From assembly GCF_009914755.1 (NCBI RefSeq), contig NC_060937.1: a stretch of DNA of 64,000 bases. One strand, 5' to 3'. Made by a program: the position numbers and the translations under genes. This document shows, one piece after another, positions 15,010 to 30,021 of this stretch. This DNA comes from the human T2T-CHM13v2.0 reference genome, Homo sapiens. Below the pieces are notes generated by a model. The model had not been told where the DNA came from. It worked only from the letters and a program-made list of their open reading frames with translations, and ran no database searches. Within the stretch, counting starts at the first letter, position 1, and every line of letters begins with the position of its first letter.

Positions 15010-15990
15010 TCAGTCAGGGTTCCTAGTTGCAAACAACAGAAATAAACTCTGTTTATATGAAGGAGAAAATAATGTATTAAAAGGATACAGGGAAAAATAG
15101 CTTGGCAGCTCCTCCTCAAGTTAAACATAGAATCACTACATGACCCAGCAATTCCATTCCTAGGTCTATACTTGAAAGAATGGAAAGTAGATCTCCAAAC
15201 AAAAACGAGTACATGAATATTCATAGCAGCTCTATTCACAATCGCCAAAACCTGGACACAACCCACTGTCCGTCAACAAATGAATGGGTAAACAAAATAT
15301 AATATATCCAAGCAATGGGATATTGTCTGGCCGTAGAAAGGACTGAAGCTCTGATACACGCTACAACATGCCTTGAAAACATTCAAAGAGAAAATCAGAC
15401 CACATAATGTATGATTCCATTCATATCAAACATCCAGAAAAAGCAAATCCATGGAGACAGAACGCACTAGTGGTTGCAAGGGACCGTGTGGGGAAGGGGG
15501 GAGTGAAAGCGGCTGCTTCTTGGGTACGGGGTTTCCATTTGGGTGATGAAGTTCTAGAACTAGATAGTGGTGATGACTGCACAACATTGGAAAAGTATTT
15601 AATGCCACTGGATTGTACACGTGATGTCTGGCAAGTCGCAGAGTGGCTGGGTGTGTGGGAACCATGCCCGTGACCGGTCCTCGGGGATGCTGCTGCTGCA
15701 GTCGCTGAGGGTCCTAGTTGCTGGGCGCTACACCTGCACGGCTGACCCAGGGTCTCCATGGCCTGTCACTGTGCCAGCTGCCCGAGAGAGGTCCTTGGGG
15801 GTCCCTGGGACTCTGGGCAAATGCCTCTGATTGGCTGCCTCACATCCCACCTTACACTGCAAGGAAGGCTAAGGAAGCAAGTCCCTGGCATTTTTATCTT
15901 CTGCTGTGGGAGTCAGTCCCTGCCTCCCACTGAGACACAGGAGGGGGAATTCTCCCAAACACAGGAAGATGGCAGAGAGGCACTTCAGGA
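15010..15990. mobile_element. MLT1-type MaLR LTR split by an L1MB 3' fragment (~15085-15620, +)
   Basis: 'gtcagggttcctagttgcaaacaacagaaa' and 'gcaaggaaggctaaggaagcaagt' flank the L1 3' sequence 'catgacccagcaattccattcctagg...atgccactggattgtacac'. Confidence 0.6.
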
Positions 15991-17231
15991 CCACCAGCGT
16001 GCACAGAGTTAATGCCTGCTTCAAAGACAGAAGAGAACCTGTCTGAGGAGTGTGGTGCATGGGGGATGTGCAGGAAATGCTAAGACAGGGGCAGATCATG
16101 AAGTCAATATTGCTCTCTAAAGGGTTCTTCGTGGGTGGCAACTTTCCCTCCCCTCTTCAACCTCCTCTGAACGCCCCCAACTTCTGCCACCATACAAAAA
16201 CTCATTATTCAGAGACAATTGCTCTCTCACCTTTCCTATCTAGATGTTTCTAAACTTTGAACAAGATGATAATCGCAGCTGGTTATTTGTCTAGCAGACA
16301 CTAATCCTTGCCTCTGGGCTCTGTGATGTGCTTTGCAGTTTAGCACAAGGACCTTGCTGCCGTACACTTAATAACCCAATAATGGTGAGATGGTGCTCAG
16401 GAGGGGGCTGGAGCTGTGGGGACCTGGTCTGCCCTCTGCGCTAGGTGACAAAGCACCTGTCTCCTGTCTGCTGTTTGGCCATGATCCCCACGGTGCCATT
16501 CACAGCCCCTCCCAGCTGGGTGTCAGGGTGGGGCGCTATGGAACGTCTTGCCTCTTATCTCCTATACAGACAATTCCAGAAGTAAATAGAAGCAAAATAG
16601 GATGCAAGTTAGGTTTTCTTTTTTTCTTTTTTTTTTAAAGGGTAGATTTTGATATAATTTTAAAATTTCACAGAAGTTGCAAATACAGTACCTATATTGT
16701 ACTATATACTGTTTATCCAGATTCAACCATTGTTTAACATTTTATGCCATTTGCTTTTTCACTCCTCTCTCTTCCTCCTCCTCCCTTCTCTCTCCCTGTC
16801 CCTCCCCCTACAGACTGTGCTATTTTACCTCTGAATGCTCAAAAACAAAGACCATCTTGTACATGACCACAGTGTAATTATCAAAATCCGGAGACTTAAC
16901 ACTGATACAATATTATTACCTTAATCCTCAGCCCATAATCAAAGCTCATCAATTGCCCAATAATGCCCACTATAGCTTTTTGGAGATTTTCAAGATGTCG
17001 ATTTCTAGTTTAATTTCACTGTGGTCAGAAAACGTGCTCCCCGAAATGTCAACCTTTTGAGATTTACTACATCTTATTTTCTGGTTCCCCCCTTGTCCTC
17101 CTCAGCACTCCAGCTGGCTCCTTCTGGAAGTTTCCCTGGACTCTCTCCCACTCAGGCACAGCTGAGAGGTCAGTTGAAGACCTGGGGGAATTTATACACA
17201 GGTTTTAGGGCTCCCCTCCCTTGCTCCTTTC

Positions 17232-17673
17232 TTTTTTTTTTTTAAGTCTTTTCATTTTTATCATTCAAAAAAGTTTCGTTTTTTTAATTTAGCTTTCTGT
17301 CTCTGTGCTTGTGCCTTCAACACTTTCACAACGATTTTCTGCTCCTCGATAAGGAAAGCACGCTTGATCCCGTCACGAACACATTTAGTACGCATGGAAC
17401 CACTACAGGCCCTGCGGACATGTTTCTTTGTTTTGGACAATCTCCTAAGAACTTTAGGTCTTACAGCACGAACCCCTCGAAGTCTGCCTGGGCACACGCT
17501 ACATGCAGATTTTGGTGCTTTCCCAACCTTCTTGGTATAAAAGTACACAACTCCGTTATCAGGGGTTCGGAGCAGCCTAGTTTTGTTAGAGGCTGTATTG
17601 TAGGAAAGCCTACGATAGTAGGTCAAACGCTGGACCATTCTGAGTGCCTGCAGACAACGTTCCCGGAAGCGCT
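17232..17673 (-). pseudogene. RPL34: Processed RPL34 (eL34) pseudogene with uninterrupted frame (ATG 17638, stop 17261; 125 aa)
   Basis: Translates [22 protein letters not shown]...[17 protein letters not shown]; no introns; short 5' UTR, 3' UTR and polyA (T run from 17232); TSD cccttgctcctttc; native stop lost, giving +8 aa. Confidence 0.95.
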
Positions 17674-17682
17674 CCCTTGCTC

Positions 17683-17684
<2 letters not shown>

Positions 17685-17736
<52 letters not shown>

Positions 17737-18030
17737 GCGGGGGATGGAGTCTCTCTCTGTCGCCCAGGCTGGAGTGCAGTGGCGCAGTCTCGGCTCGCTG
17801 CAACCTCCGCCTCCCGGGTTCACGCCATTCTCCCGTCTCAGCTTCTGAGTAGCTGGGACTACAGGCGCCGGCCACCACGCCCGGCTAATTTTATTTTTGT
17901 ATTTTTAGAACAGACGGGTTTTCACCGTGTTAGCCGTGTTAGCCAGGATGGTCTCGATCTCCTGACCTCACGATCCCTGGCCTCGGCCTGGCAAAGTGCT
18001 GGGATTACAGGCGTGAGCCACCGCGCCCCA
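17685..18030 (-). mobile_element. AluY with ~50-nt pure A tail
   Basis: Y diagnostics in reverse ('gggttcacgccattctcc', 'ttagccaggatggtctcgatct'); T run 17685-17735. Confidence 0.95.
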
Positions 18031-18847
18031 CCCTTGCTCCTTTCAACCTGGCGTTTTCCCCCCGCTCATTTTCCAGCCATTTAGGAATCCCGCCTCCATC
18101 CGCTGAGCCCTCAAGGCAGTGAGAGAGACTACTTTCCACATCAGCCGCAGCGGAAAACCTGAAAACGCTCATCCCTTACAGATGGACACTCTTCCAGTTT
18201 CTGCCTGTTCTTATCCACTTTCCGATAGTTCTTTAAGAAACTTAAAATAGTTTCTTAACTGTTTGAAGAACTATTTAAAGAAGAACTATTTATTAAATAG
18301 TTTCTTAACTATTTGAAGAACTATTTAACTGAAGAACTATTTGCCTTCAAATAGTTCTTTAAGAAAACTTTTTTTTTGTCCAGATTTTGTACATCAACAC
18401 ACACACACACACACGCGCACAGACACATATAATTAGGAATGCATCTTGTTTATGTCTCATTCTATAATATGTTACTATCACTCAAAATAGTACAACTCGA
18501 CCCTAATACGACAACTTTTAATTCTGGTTGGATTCACCAGATTCAATTGTTTATTTATCTGATTTCATTATTTCATGATCTCTCCTTAACATTTCATGAA
18601 AAGGGCTTTTGGGGACTTAATGTAAGTGACAACAGAATTCAGTGTGATGAAACCAACCATATATGAAATGAACCAGATGCCATATGCTTAAACCTGTGAA
18701 TATGTCAACCAGCAATTCACTGGCGCATAAATGTGCAAATGAGGAAACGTTGTTCAAACACTTCAGCTTGTATTTTACAAAACAGTGTTTAAATATTTGA
18801 CATAGTTTAATAATATTTTAGAAAAATCGCTTACCTAGTCTGGATGA

Positions 18848-19030
18848 TGTATGCGTTTGCTGGGGTTACTATAAGGAAGTTACACACACTGGGGGCATAA
18901 ACAGCAGAAGGTTATTGCTGCGTAGTCCTGGAGCCTGGAAGTCCAGGATCAAAGTGACAGGTTTGGATTCTCCTGCAGCCTCTCTCCTTGGCTTGCAGAC
19001 TTCCCTCTCTACATGTCTGTATCCTAATTG
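18848..19030 (-). mobile_element. MLT1 LTR fragment
   Basis: 'ttgctggggttactataaggaagttacacacactggggg...agcctctctccttggcttgcagac'. Confidence 0.65.
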
Positions 19031-19035
19031 CCTCT

Positions 19036-19385
19036 TTTTTTAATGTTTATTTTAAGTTCCTGGGTACAAATGCAGGTTTGTCACATAGGTAAACTTGTAT
19101 CATGGGGGTTTGTTGTACAGATTATTTCATCATCCAGGTATATTAAGCCTAGTGCCCATTCATTATTTTTCCTGATCCTCTCCCTCCTCCTACCCTCCAC
19201 TCTCTGATAGGCCCCAGTGTGCGTTATTCCCCTCTATGTATCCATGTGTTCTCATCATTTAGCTCCCACTTACAAGTGAGAATATCTGGTATCTGGTTTT
19301 CTGTTACGGTGTTAGTTAGCTTAGGATAATGGCCTCCAGCTCCATCCATGTTCCTGCAAAGGACATGATCTTGTTCTTGATTTCT
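19036..19385 (-). mobile_element. L1P 3' end fragment
   Basis: 'tgcaggtttgtcacataggtaaac...ggcctccagctccatccatgttcctgcaaaggacatgatc'. Confidence 0.85.
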
Positions 19386-19419
19386 TTCCCTTAATAATAC
19401 ATATTTAATGTTATTCAAT

Positions 19420-19810
19420 GCCTCCTTTTCATGGCATTATAGCTTATTTCCTTTTAGTGCTGATTAATATTCCATCATCTGAATATACCGCAGTTTATTC
19501 ACCTTCCAAGTTTTGGCAATTATGAATGAAGCTGCTCCAAACATCTGTGTGCAGATGGACTTTTGTATGGACATAAGTTTCCAATTCTTTGGGTAAATAC
19601 CAAGTACCATAATTGGTGGATTGTATGGTATGAATATATTCAGTTGTATAAGAAGCCACCAGACTGTCTTTGAAAGTGCTTGTTCCATATTGCATACCCA
19701 CCAGAAATGAGAGTTCCTGTTGCTGTTCCTGTTGGTGTTCATAGTGGAGACAGTGGATTTTAGCCATCTTAATAGATATATAATAGGATCTCATTGTTGC
19801 TTTAATTTTC
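19420..19810 (-). mobile_element. L1M fragment
   Basis: 'ttccaagttttggcaattatgaat...gcatacccaccagaaatgagagttcctgttgct'. Confidence 0.75.
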
Positions 19811-19817
19811 TATTTCC

Positions 19818-20109
19818 TTTTGTTTTGTTTTGTTTTGAGATAGAGTCTCACTCTGTTGCCTGGGCTGGAGTGCAGTGGTGCAATCTACAACCTCCGCCTC
19901 CTGGATTCAAGTGATTCTCATGTCTCAGCCTCCGCAGTAGCTGGGATTACAGGCGTGTGCCACCAGGCCCGGCTAATTTTTGTATTTTTAGTAGAGACGG
20001 GGTTTCACCATGTTGGTCATGCTGGTCTCAAACTCCTGACCTCAAGTGATCCGCCTGCCTCAGCCTCCCAAAGTGCTGGGATTACAGGCATGAGCCACCG
20101 CGCCCAGCC
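19818..20109 (-). mobile_element. AluS
   Basis: Reverse-complement Alu. Confidence 0.95.
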
Positions 20110-20414
20110 TATCTTATTTTAAATATATGAACAGTCTCCAAAACGTGAGTACAGTTTTTTACTTTCCCTTTGCAACTTGATTTTTTCCAATAAACTCCTC
20201 TGAGATCTATTCCAATGAACTAAAGCCAGGCTGATTGATTTATTCCCAGGGTGAAGAGAATAACTCCCCAATCACCTAAGTCACCCTCCAACAATGTCCT
20301 CATGAACAGCTCTCTTGATCTAAATGTCCCACGTAAGTAATGCACTGTAAAGTGGCCCATGCCATTGAAACCCCATCTACTCATGAGAAGAATCAGTAAT
20401 TAAAAGGTCATTCT

Positions 20415-20740
20415 ACTGGAGGATATCACACTACGTGAAATAAGCAAGACACAAAAGGACAAATATGCATGATTCCATGTATGGGAGAAAGCTATGGTAG
20501 TCAAATTCACAGAGACAGAAAGTAGATAGGTGGTTGCCAGGGGTTGGGAGGAGAGAGGAATGGAGAGTTGGTGTTTAGTGGGTACAAAGTATCAGTCTTG
20601 CAAGATGAAAAACACTCCAGAGACGGATGTTGGGGATAGTTTCACACAACGTGAATGTACTTAATGCCACTGAACTGTACATTTAAAAATAGTTAAGATG
20701 GGAAATGTTGTTATGTATATCTTACACAAATATAAAAAAA
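20415..20740 (+). mobile_element. L1MB 3' end
   Basis: 'gagacagaaagtagataggtggttgccagggg...tgaatgtacttaatgccactgaactgtacatttaaaaatagttaagatg'. Confidence 0.8.
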
Positions 20741-21589
20741 TGAAAACTACCTGAATTATTATCTTTTTTATTTAAGTAAGGTAGTTCTCATAGAGAAGGA
20801 GAGCTCAATTAGATTTGACAAATGTCTGTGCTTGGCCTAAAGTAAGTGCAATTTGGAAAGTCATTCCTGAACTCTCATTCCTAAATCATAAAATTCTTAA
20901 ATGTAAAATCCTGATGTTTCAACATCCTCTAGCAGATTCCCAATATAACATTTTAAAGGTAAAAGTGGTGTTTGACTCCAAATAATTTTTACCAAAAGAA
21001 AATTTACATACACTTTTTTGGTATAGAGTTAATATAACCCATTTAGGTATGAAAACTCTTTAAGGTTATTTCATTTTCCCTATTCCCCCTCCTTTAATAA
21101 GCAATACATCTAAAAAGTGCCTCAATAGAAGGCTCAGAAGCCCTATGTGAGCTGAGTTAGGCCATGTGAATGCTGAATGCTGTACTGGGAAAGAGAAAAG
21201 TCAAACAAAAAGGTAGTAACAATAAAAGAACACCTGGTATTTGTCGGAAATAAGACTTCCTTGCTCCCGCTCTTTTTTGTGACAGGTGTTCACTGAAAGT
21301 TGTAGAATTTTAACATTCTAAGTTATCTTATTGTTGTTTTTTTGGTATTACTGAGATTTAGGCCTCTTTGGATGGATCACTATGTGTCTCTTGCACACAA
21401 ACACAAACACATACGCACACTGCTCCTGCAGCCTGCCCTACACCCACTACTTCACTTTTCCCAAATCCCTAGAGACATTTAGGAAGAAACAGCTGCACGG
21501 TAACAGAAGGTGAAAAATGAACCAGGACAAGAACACATCAGGCAGAGCATGAATCTTAGGGATTTAGGTTACATCTCTCCCATCCTCAT

Positions 21590-22545
21590 TCCCAACTGTG
21601 ACCTTGATTTCTACTTCCCTGAGAAACTGGAACAAGAAATGACCTCTTCTGTGCTCTCACCACACCTCTCCTTCCAGCAATACGCACCCACACGCTCTGC
21701 CTTCCCACAGCTTTACTGTTCACACCTGTCTAAAGCCCATCTTATTTGCACCATCGAATACACCCACTCTTGCTTACTCAAGAACACCACTCCAGCAATT
21801 CTCTCCTATTCCCTACATCATCCATTTTCCACTCTCTGCAGGATCATTCACACCAGCACACACAACAGGCTGTCCTAAAAAGCGGAACTTTCCCTTGACC
21901 ACAGATTTCACTTAATGTCATTACATTCCCTTGCAGTAGGAGTTCTTGATAAAAGCATCTGTGCCCACTGCCTCCAGTTCCTCTTCTCCCATCCTCTCTT
22001 AAATCCACTACATTCAGGCTTTCACTCTCACCATTCAATTGACGTTGGTCACCCACGACCTTCATGTTGCTAAAATCTACTGGTCCCTTCTTGTTCCTCA
22101 TCCCAGTTGATCTACCAGCAGCAGGTGGCATTGTAGGTGGCTTCCTCCCCTTGGGACATTTCTTTACCTGGTTTCCAGGGTACCACACTCTGAGTTTCCT
22201 GCTACCTCATAGGTCACTCTTTTTTTATTTTGGCTGACTTCCTCCTTTTCTCCCCAATCTCTTAATATTTGAATGTCCCACGGATCTGTTCAAATTTTTT
22301 TTCTTTTCTCTGTCTATACTCCACTGATAATCTCATCTAGTCTCATGGTTTTAAATATCAACTCTATGTTGATAACCCCCAAATGTATATGTGCAGCCCA
22401 CCCACACTTCCTTCTCAAATCCCAAATTCAAACTTCTAACTACCCATTCAGTAACCCCATTTTGTTATCTAATAGATATTTTAGACTTCACATGTCCAAA
22501 ATCAAACTCCAGGTTTTCTCTTCCACCAAGCCTGTGCCATCCATA
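21590..22545 (+). mobile_element. L2 fragment
   Basis: 'cttcatgttgctaaaatctactggtc...ccagggtaccacactc...ctcatggttttaaatatcaactctatgttgataacccccaaat'. Confidence 0.75.
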
Positions 22546-22549
22546 GCCA

Positions 22550-23879
22550 ATCAGAGTGGAAAGACCTTGATGAATACTTGAGATATTCCGCAGAGACCCC
22601 GCAAGGGCCATACCTTGAAAGCAGGACAAAACTAGCACTAAAGCAAGAACTATTCCAGACTTTTAATATTATTTTAACAAAGTTTATCTTAAATGTTAAA
22701 GAAAAAACAAGCCTCTAAAGCATCAAAGGGCTCCATAACTAATTTAACTGCCTTCAAAAAAAACCAAAAAATTTAATGGAAGAAAATAAAATCCAGACAC
22801 TTAAGAATGTAATAATCACAATGTCCAACATCCAGTCAAAAATGCTGTTCAAAGCAGGAAACTATGATCCATAATCAGGATAAAAGTAAGTCAGTGGAAG
22901 CAGACCCAGAAATGACAGGGATTGATGGAATTAGCATGCAAGAACTTTAAAACAGCAATTGTAAATATGTTTAAGGTATTAAAGATAATATGATAGGGAG
23001 AGAAATGGAAACCATAATAAAAGAAACAAAACTTGTAGAGCTGAATCATACAATATATAAAATGAAAACTTCACTGAATAAGCTTAGCAGTAGATTACAC
23101 ACTGCAGAATAAAAAATAAAAACTTGAAGACATAGCAATGGAAACTATCCAAACTAAAGCACAAAGAAAAGGCTGAACAAAAAAATAAAGAGAGCCTCAG
23201 TTACCTATGAGGCAATATCAAGCAGTCTTACATGCATTATAAGTTGCTTTGGAATTGCGAATAGAGAAAGGAACAGAAAAAGTGGTTGAATAAAGGCAGA
23301 ACATTTTCCAAACATCAAGATTCAAGAAGCACAACCAACCCAAAGCAGGCTAAACACACACACACCCAAAATACATCATAATCAATTTACTGAATTTCAA
23401 GAATAAAACAAAAAAAATTAAAATCAGCCAAAGGTGAAAAACATGTTATAAAGTTATCAAAGGGAAACCAAATAGAGGATGACCATGACTTCTCAGAAAA
23501 GCCAAAGGCAATTTGCTGAAAGAAATTCTAAATTCTGTAGCTAGTAAAACTGTCCTCCAAAATGAAGGGGAAAGAGAAGGTTATTTTCAGAGAAAATAGA
23601 GATTTTATCATTAACAAACTTGAACCAAAAGAAATAGTAAAGGAAATTGTTGAGGCAGAAGGAGTATAAGAGATGGATAGTCTGACCTACACAAAGGAAT
23701 AAAGAACTCCAGAAATAGTAATTCTGGTACAAATATAAAATCATTTTATTTTCTCATTTGAATAAATATCTTATTTCTATTTAAAGCAAAACTAACAAAA
23801 ATTTGTGAAGTTTATAATATGTGGAAGTAAAAATATATGTTAACAGCACAAAGGAAGGGAGGAAGAAAATTAAAGTAGA

Positions 23880-23880
<1 letters not shown>
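22550..23880 (+). mobile_element. Old L1M 5'/ORF1 region
   Basis: 'gcttagcagtagattacacactgcagaa...aacttgaagacatagcaatggaaactatccaaact'. Confidence 0.7.
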
Positions 23881-26675
<2,795 letters not shown>

Positions 26676-27305
26676 TAATACAGGAGTTATTAAGAAATAA
26701 TTTTTAGGCAGATAGAGATGGTAAACGAAGTTCTTGGTAAGGCTTTTTCTTTTAATAAAAGCAACCCCCAAACCATTTCTTTTCTAACAGAAAAACGACT
26801 TGAAGGGCCAAGCTGGCAAGCTTTGATATGCAAATGCAGGCCATTAGAAACAGTCCACCTAATATGGCGATTCCCACCTTTTTCCTCTTGTCACGATGTG
26901 TGCCAAGTGTCATGGCCAACTCCAGATAACACCATGTGTTCAGAACATCATGGCGACCCACATTTGCATATTAAAGGACTAAGGTGGGAGGGCCAGGTTC
27001 TTTGTGGGCTACGTAAACGACGCACCTGGTCAAACCAATCCCCTGGGCCCTGTGCAAACCGGACACCGCCTCCTCCAACATCCCAATATAAGCAACCACT
27101 TTTCCGCTGCACACGGGGTTTCTCTTTGTTTGAATTCCCCCCTCCCTGTCTCTGTATGGGTGATCTGTTCTCTTCTTCCTTCCTTCTTTCTTGCCTAACC
27201 AGCTCTCTGCTCCTTAAAACCACTCCACGTGTGTCTGTGTCATTTTCTCTAAATCAGCGTGAGACCAAGGACCCTGGTGTTCTTCTAATCATCGGAGCCA
27301 TATCA
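26676..27305 (+). mobile_element. 3' LTR of the ERV (LTR9/MER61-like, HUERS-P3 group; family tentative)
   Basis: Starts 'taatacaggagttattaagaaataatttttaggcagatag' after gggggaaa; ends 'catcggagccatatca'; ~630 bp. Confidence 0.75.
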
Positions 27306-27364
27306 TTTTATGTCCCTTTTTTTGGTTTAAGCCAATTATGACGGTTCTCTTTCTGCATCTGTGA

Positions 27365-27750
27365 TTAGCTTAGAAGTGGGCATGTGACTTCTTTCTGGCC
27401 AATGAGATTAGAGGGGAGTTCTGCAGAAAAGCCTGTAGAAGAGATTGATTTCCTATTAAGGAGACCAGGAGCGGTGGCCTCCTTCTTTTGGATGTTTCTG
27501 TACCTGGATGTGATACCTGGAACCGCTGTAGCAACACGTGAGCACAAGAGGAGCCAGCCTGGGTGGAGGCAAGGCCAACGCTCAGGACGGTGAAACAGAG
27601 CGATGGGAAAAGCTGGGTCCCTGCAGTGAAACCTTTGAGCGGCTGTCTCAATCAGCAGTTGGGCCACCCTTAATAATAAGTTGTCTTATTATTTAAGCCA
27701 CTTAAGTCAGGGGCTTCTGTTTATTGCAGCTGAAGTCATCCCAATTTACC
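27365..27750 (+). mobile_element. MLT1 (MaLR) LTR
   Basis: 'gggcatgtgacttctttctggccaatgaga...tttaagccact...ttctgtttattgcagctgaagtcatcc'. Confidence 0.7.
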
Positions 27751-29198
27751 TAACATAAATTACTTTAAAAATAGTACCAGATTACCATATTTGAAATACT
27801 GGCATTTATCATTTTCAAACCTTTAAAACTTTTGCCCTCATAAACCTTAAACATTAGAGCATGCAAAAAGCAAACATACAAACAGAAAACCACCTAAACT
27901 TTGAGGGAGAAGTAATTTCACCATCAATGTTAGGCAGTTCTTTAAGTCAGTTCTTATTTTGAAAGATCACAGGTTGATCTACACTGGCGCTATAAAAAAC
28001 ATCAGTGCGTTTTTACAATTTATTTCTAGTTTTTACCCAAGACCTAATTCTAACATGAACACATAAGCCATTGGTAATATGAACCGGATAATACGTAGTT
28101 ACTCTAGTTCACATCACATGTTTAAACACTTCTGGAGAACTCCAGATCACGTGATAAATGGCTGTCAGTGGCAAAGTAGTTTCCTCTCTTAGACAAAGGG
28201 GCAGGAGCTGGTAATACTCTCAAAAGGTGGCTAAGATGCACTTGAAATGTGTCCGGAGCATCATAAAATTGCATGACAAGAATAGAGAAGAAAAGCCTGG
28301 AAGAGAATACAGAACCCTCATGGGCCCACCATGCTAGTGTACCCAGCACAAGAATTATCTGCAGCTTAAGAAGGTGTCCCATGCACTGGTGGCCATGATC
28401 ATTATTGGCAACTCCTCCAGTATGTGAGTTGTGTTTTCGTATTAACAAAGACAACAAGAAACCTAACCAACATTATCACCCCTCTATAAGTTCAGAGAAG
28501 AATAGCTTGGCAGTAGAGAAATATGCTTGGGAAATGCTGTGAAACGACGTGTATGAAGTGAACCAAGCAGAAGCCAAGAAATGACAGAATACGTTGAAAA
28601 GAGAGTCGCCCCCATCACTGCTTAGTAAAATCCTTGTCTTATCGCAACAACATGCAGTGCAGCAGCCTCCTGGGGTCTGAGCACGTTGCAGCAGGAGCTT
28701 CCTTTCTACTGTTTCAGGTTTTGTCAAGTAAGAAAGACTGAGAAGCTTGTGCAACATCCACATGGAGATGTAAGGGGAGCAGCTGAGCGCACAAATGGAG
28801 AGCCAGAGAAGGGACTGCAGGCAGAGCTCTCAGTCATTGGTCTACAGGAGGCTGCATGAGCTGGCTCAGGAGAGTTGAGAGAAAGAAGAGAAGGAAACCA
28901 AGGCCTGAATCTCCAGGGGTCTTAGGATACTTGCTATTTGTATGATAACACAACCCCAATATTAACCCCCAAGTCTTCAGTTAATGTCTAAAACACATTG
29001 CCACCTTAATAGTGTTTGGGAAATCTGGGGAAAATGCCTGGGTTCTATTCTGGGTTCAGCACACACAGAATGACTCTGAGTGAAAAGGGAACGTCTGCAG
29101 GGTCACCAAGAGCAACTCACTGAAATCTCTAAAAGGGGCTGAGCTCCCAGCAAGATGTGTGGGGAGTGGGAGAACGGGAGGGAGTTAAGTTAATGTGA

Positions 29199-29501
29199 TT
29201 TTTTTTTTTTTTTTTTTAGATAGAGTTTTGCTCTGTGGCCCAGGCTGGAGTGCAGTGATGTGATCTCGGCTCACTGCAACCTCCACCTCCGGGTTCAAGC
29301 AATTTTCCTGCCTCAGCCTCCAGATTTCCTGGGAATACAGGTCCGCACCATGTCTAGCTAATTTTTTTGTACTTTTAGCAGAGACGGGTTTTCATCATGT
29401 TGGCCAGGGTGGTCTTGAACTCCTGAGCTTAAGTAATCCACTCACCTCAACTTTCCAAAGGGCTGGGATTACAGGTGTGAGGTGAGCCACTGTGCCTGGC
29501 C
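29199..29501 (-). mobile_element. Alu (S/J)
   Basis: TSD agttaatgtga at 29188-29198 and 29502-29512. Confidence 0.9.
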
Positions 29502-29705
29502 AGTTAATGTGAATTTAATGTCAGCACATAGAGTGCCTTCAGCTGACATGTGGCTCACTTGGGCAATTTTCAGTCTTGTCAGGTGTATGATATGATTCGT
29601 CAATACTTTAATCTGCATGTGTATTGTAATAAATGTTTCCTGTGCAGACACTCTGCCACACATTTTGCTGGACCCTGGGGTGACAGCAGGAAACAAAAAT
29701 CTGTT

Positions 29706-30021
<316 letters not shown>

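Noticed and set aside
17261-17878. 205-aa Alu-polyLys-RPL34 fusion ORF
   Set aside because: It starts at a GTG inside the Alu and the frame depends on an unstable A tract; this is an accident of adjacency
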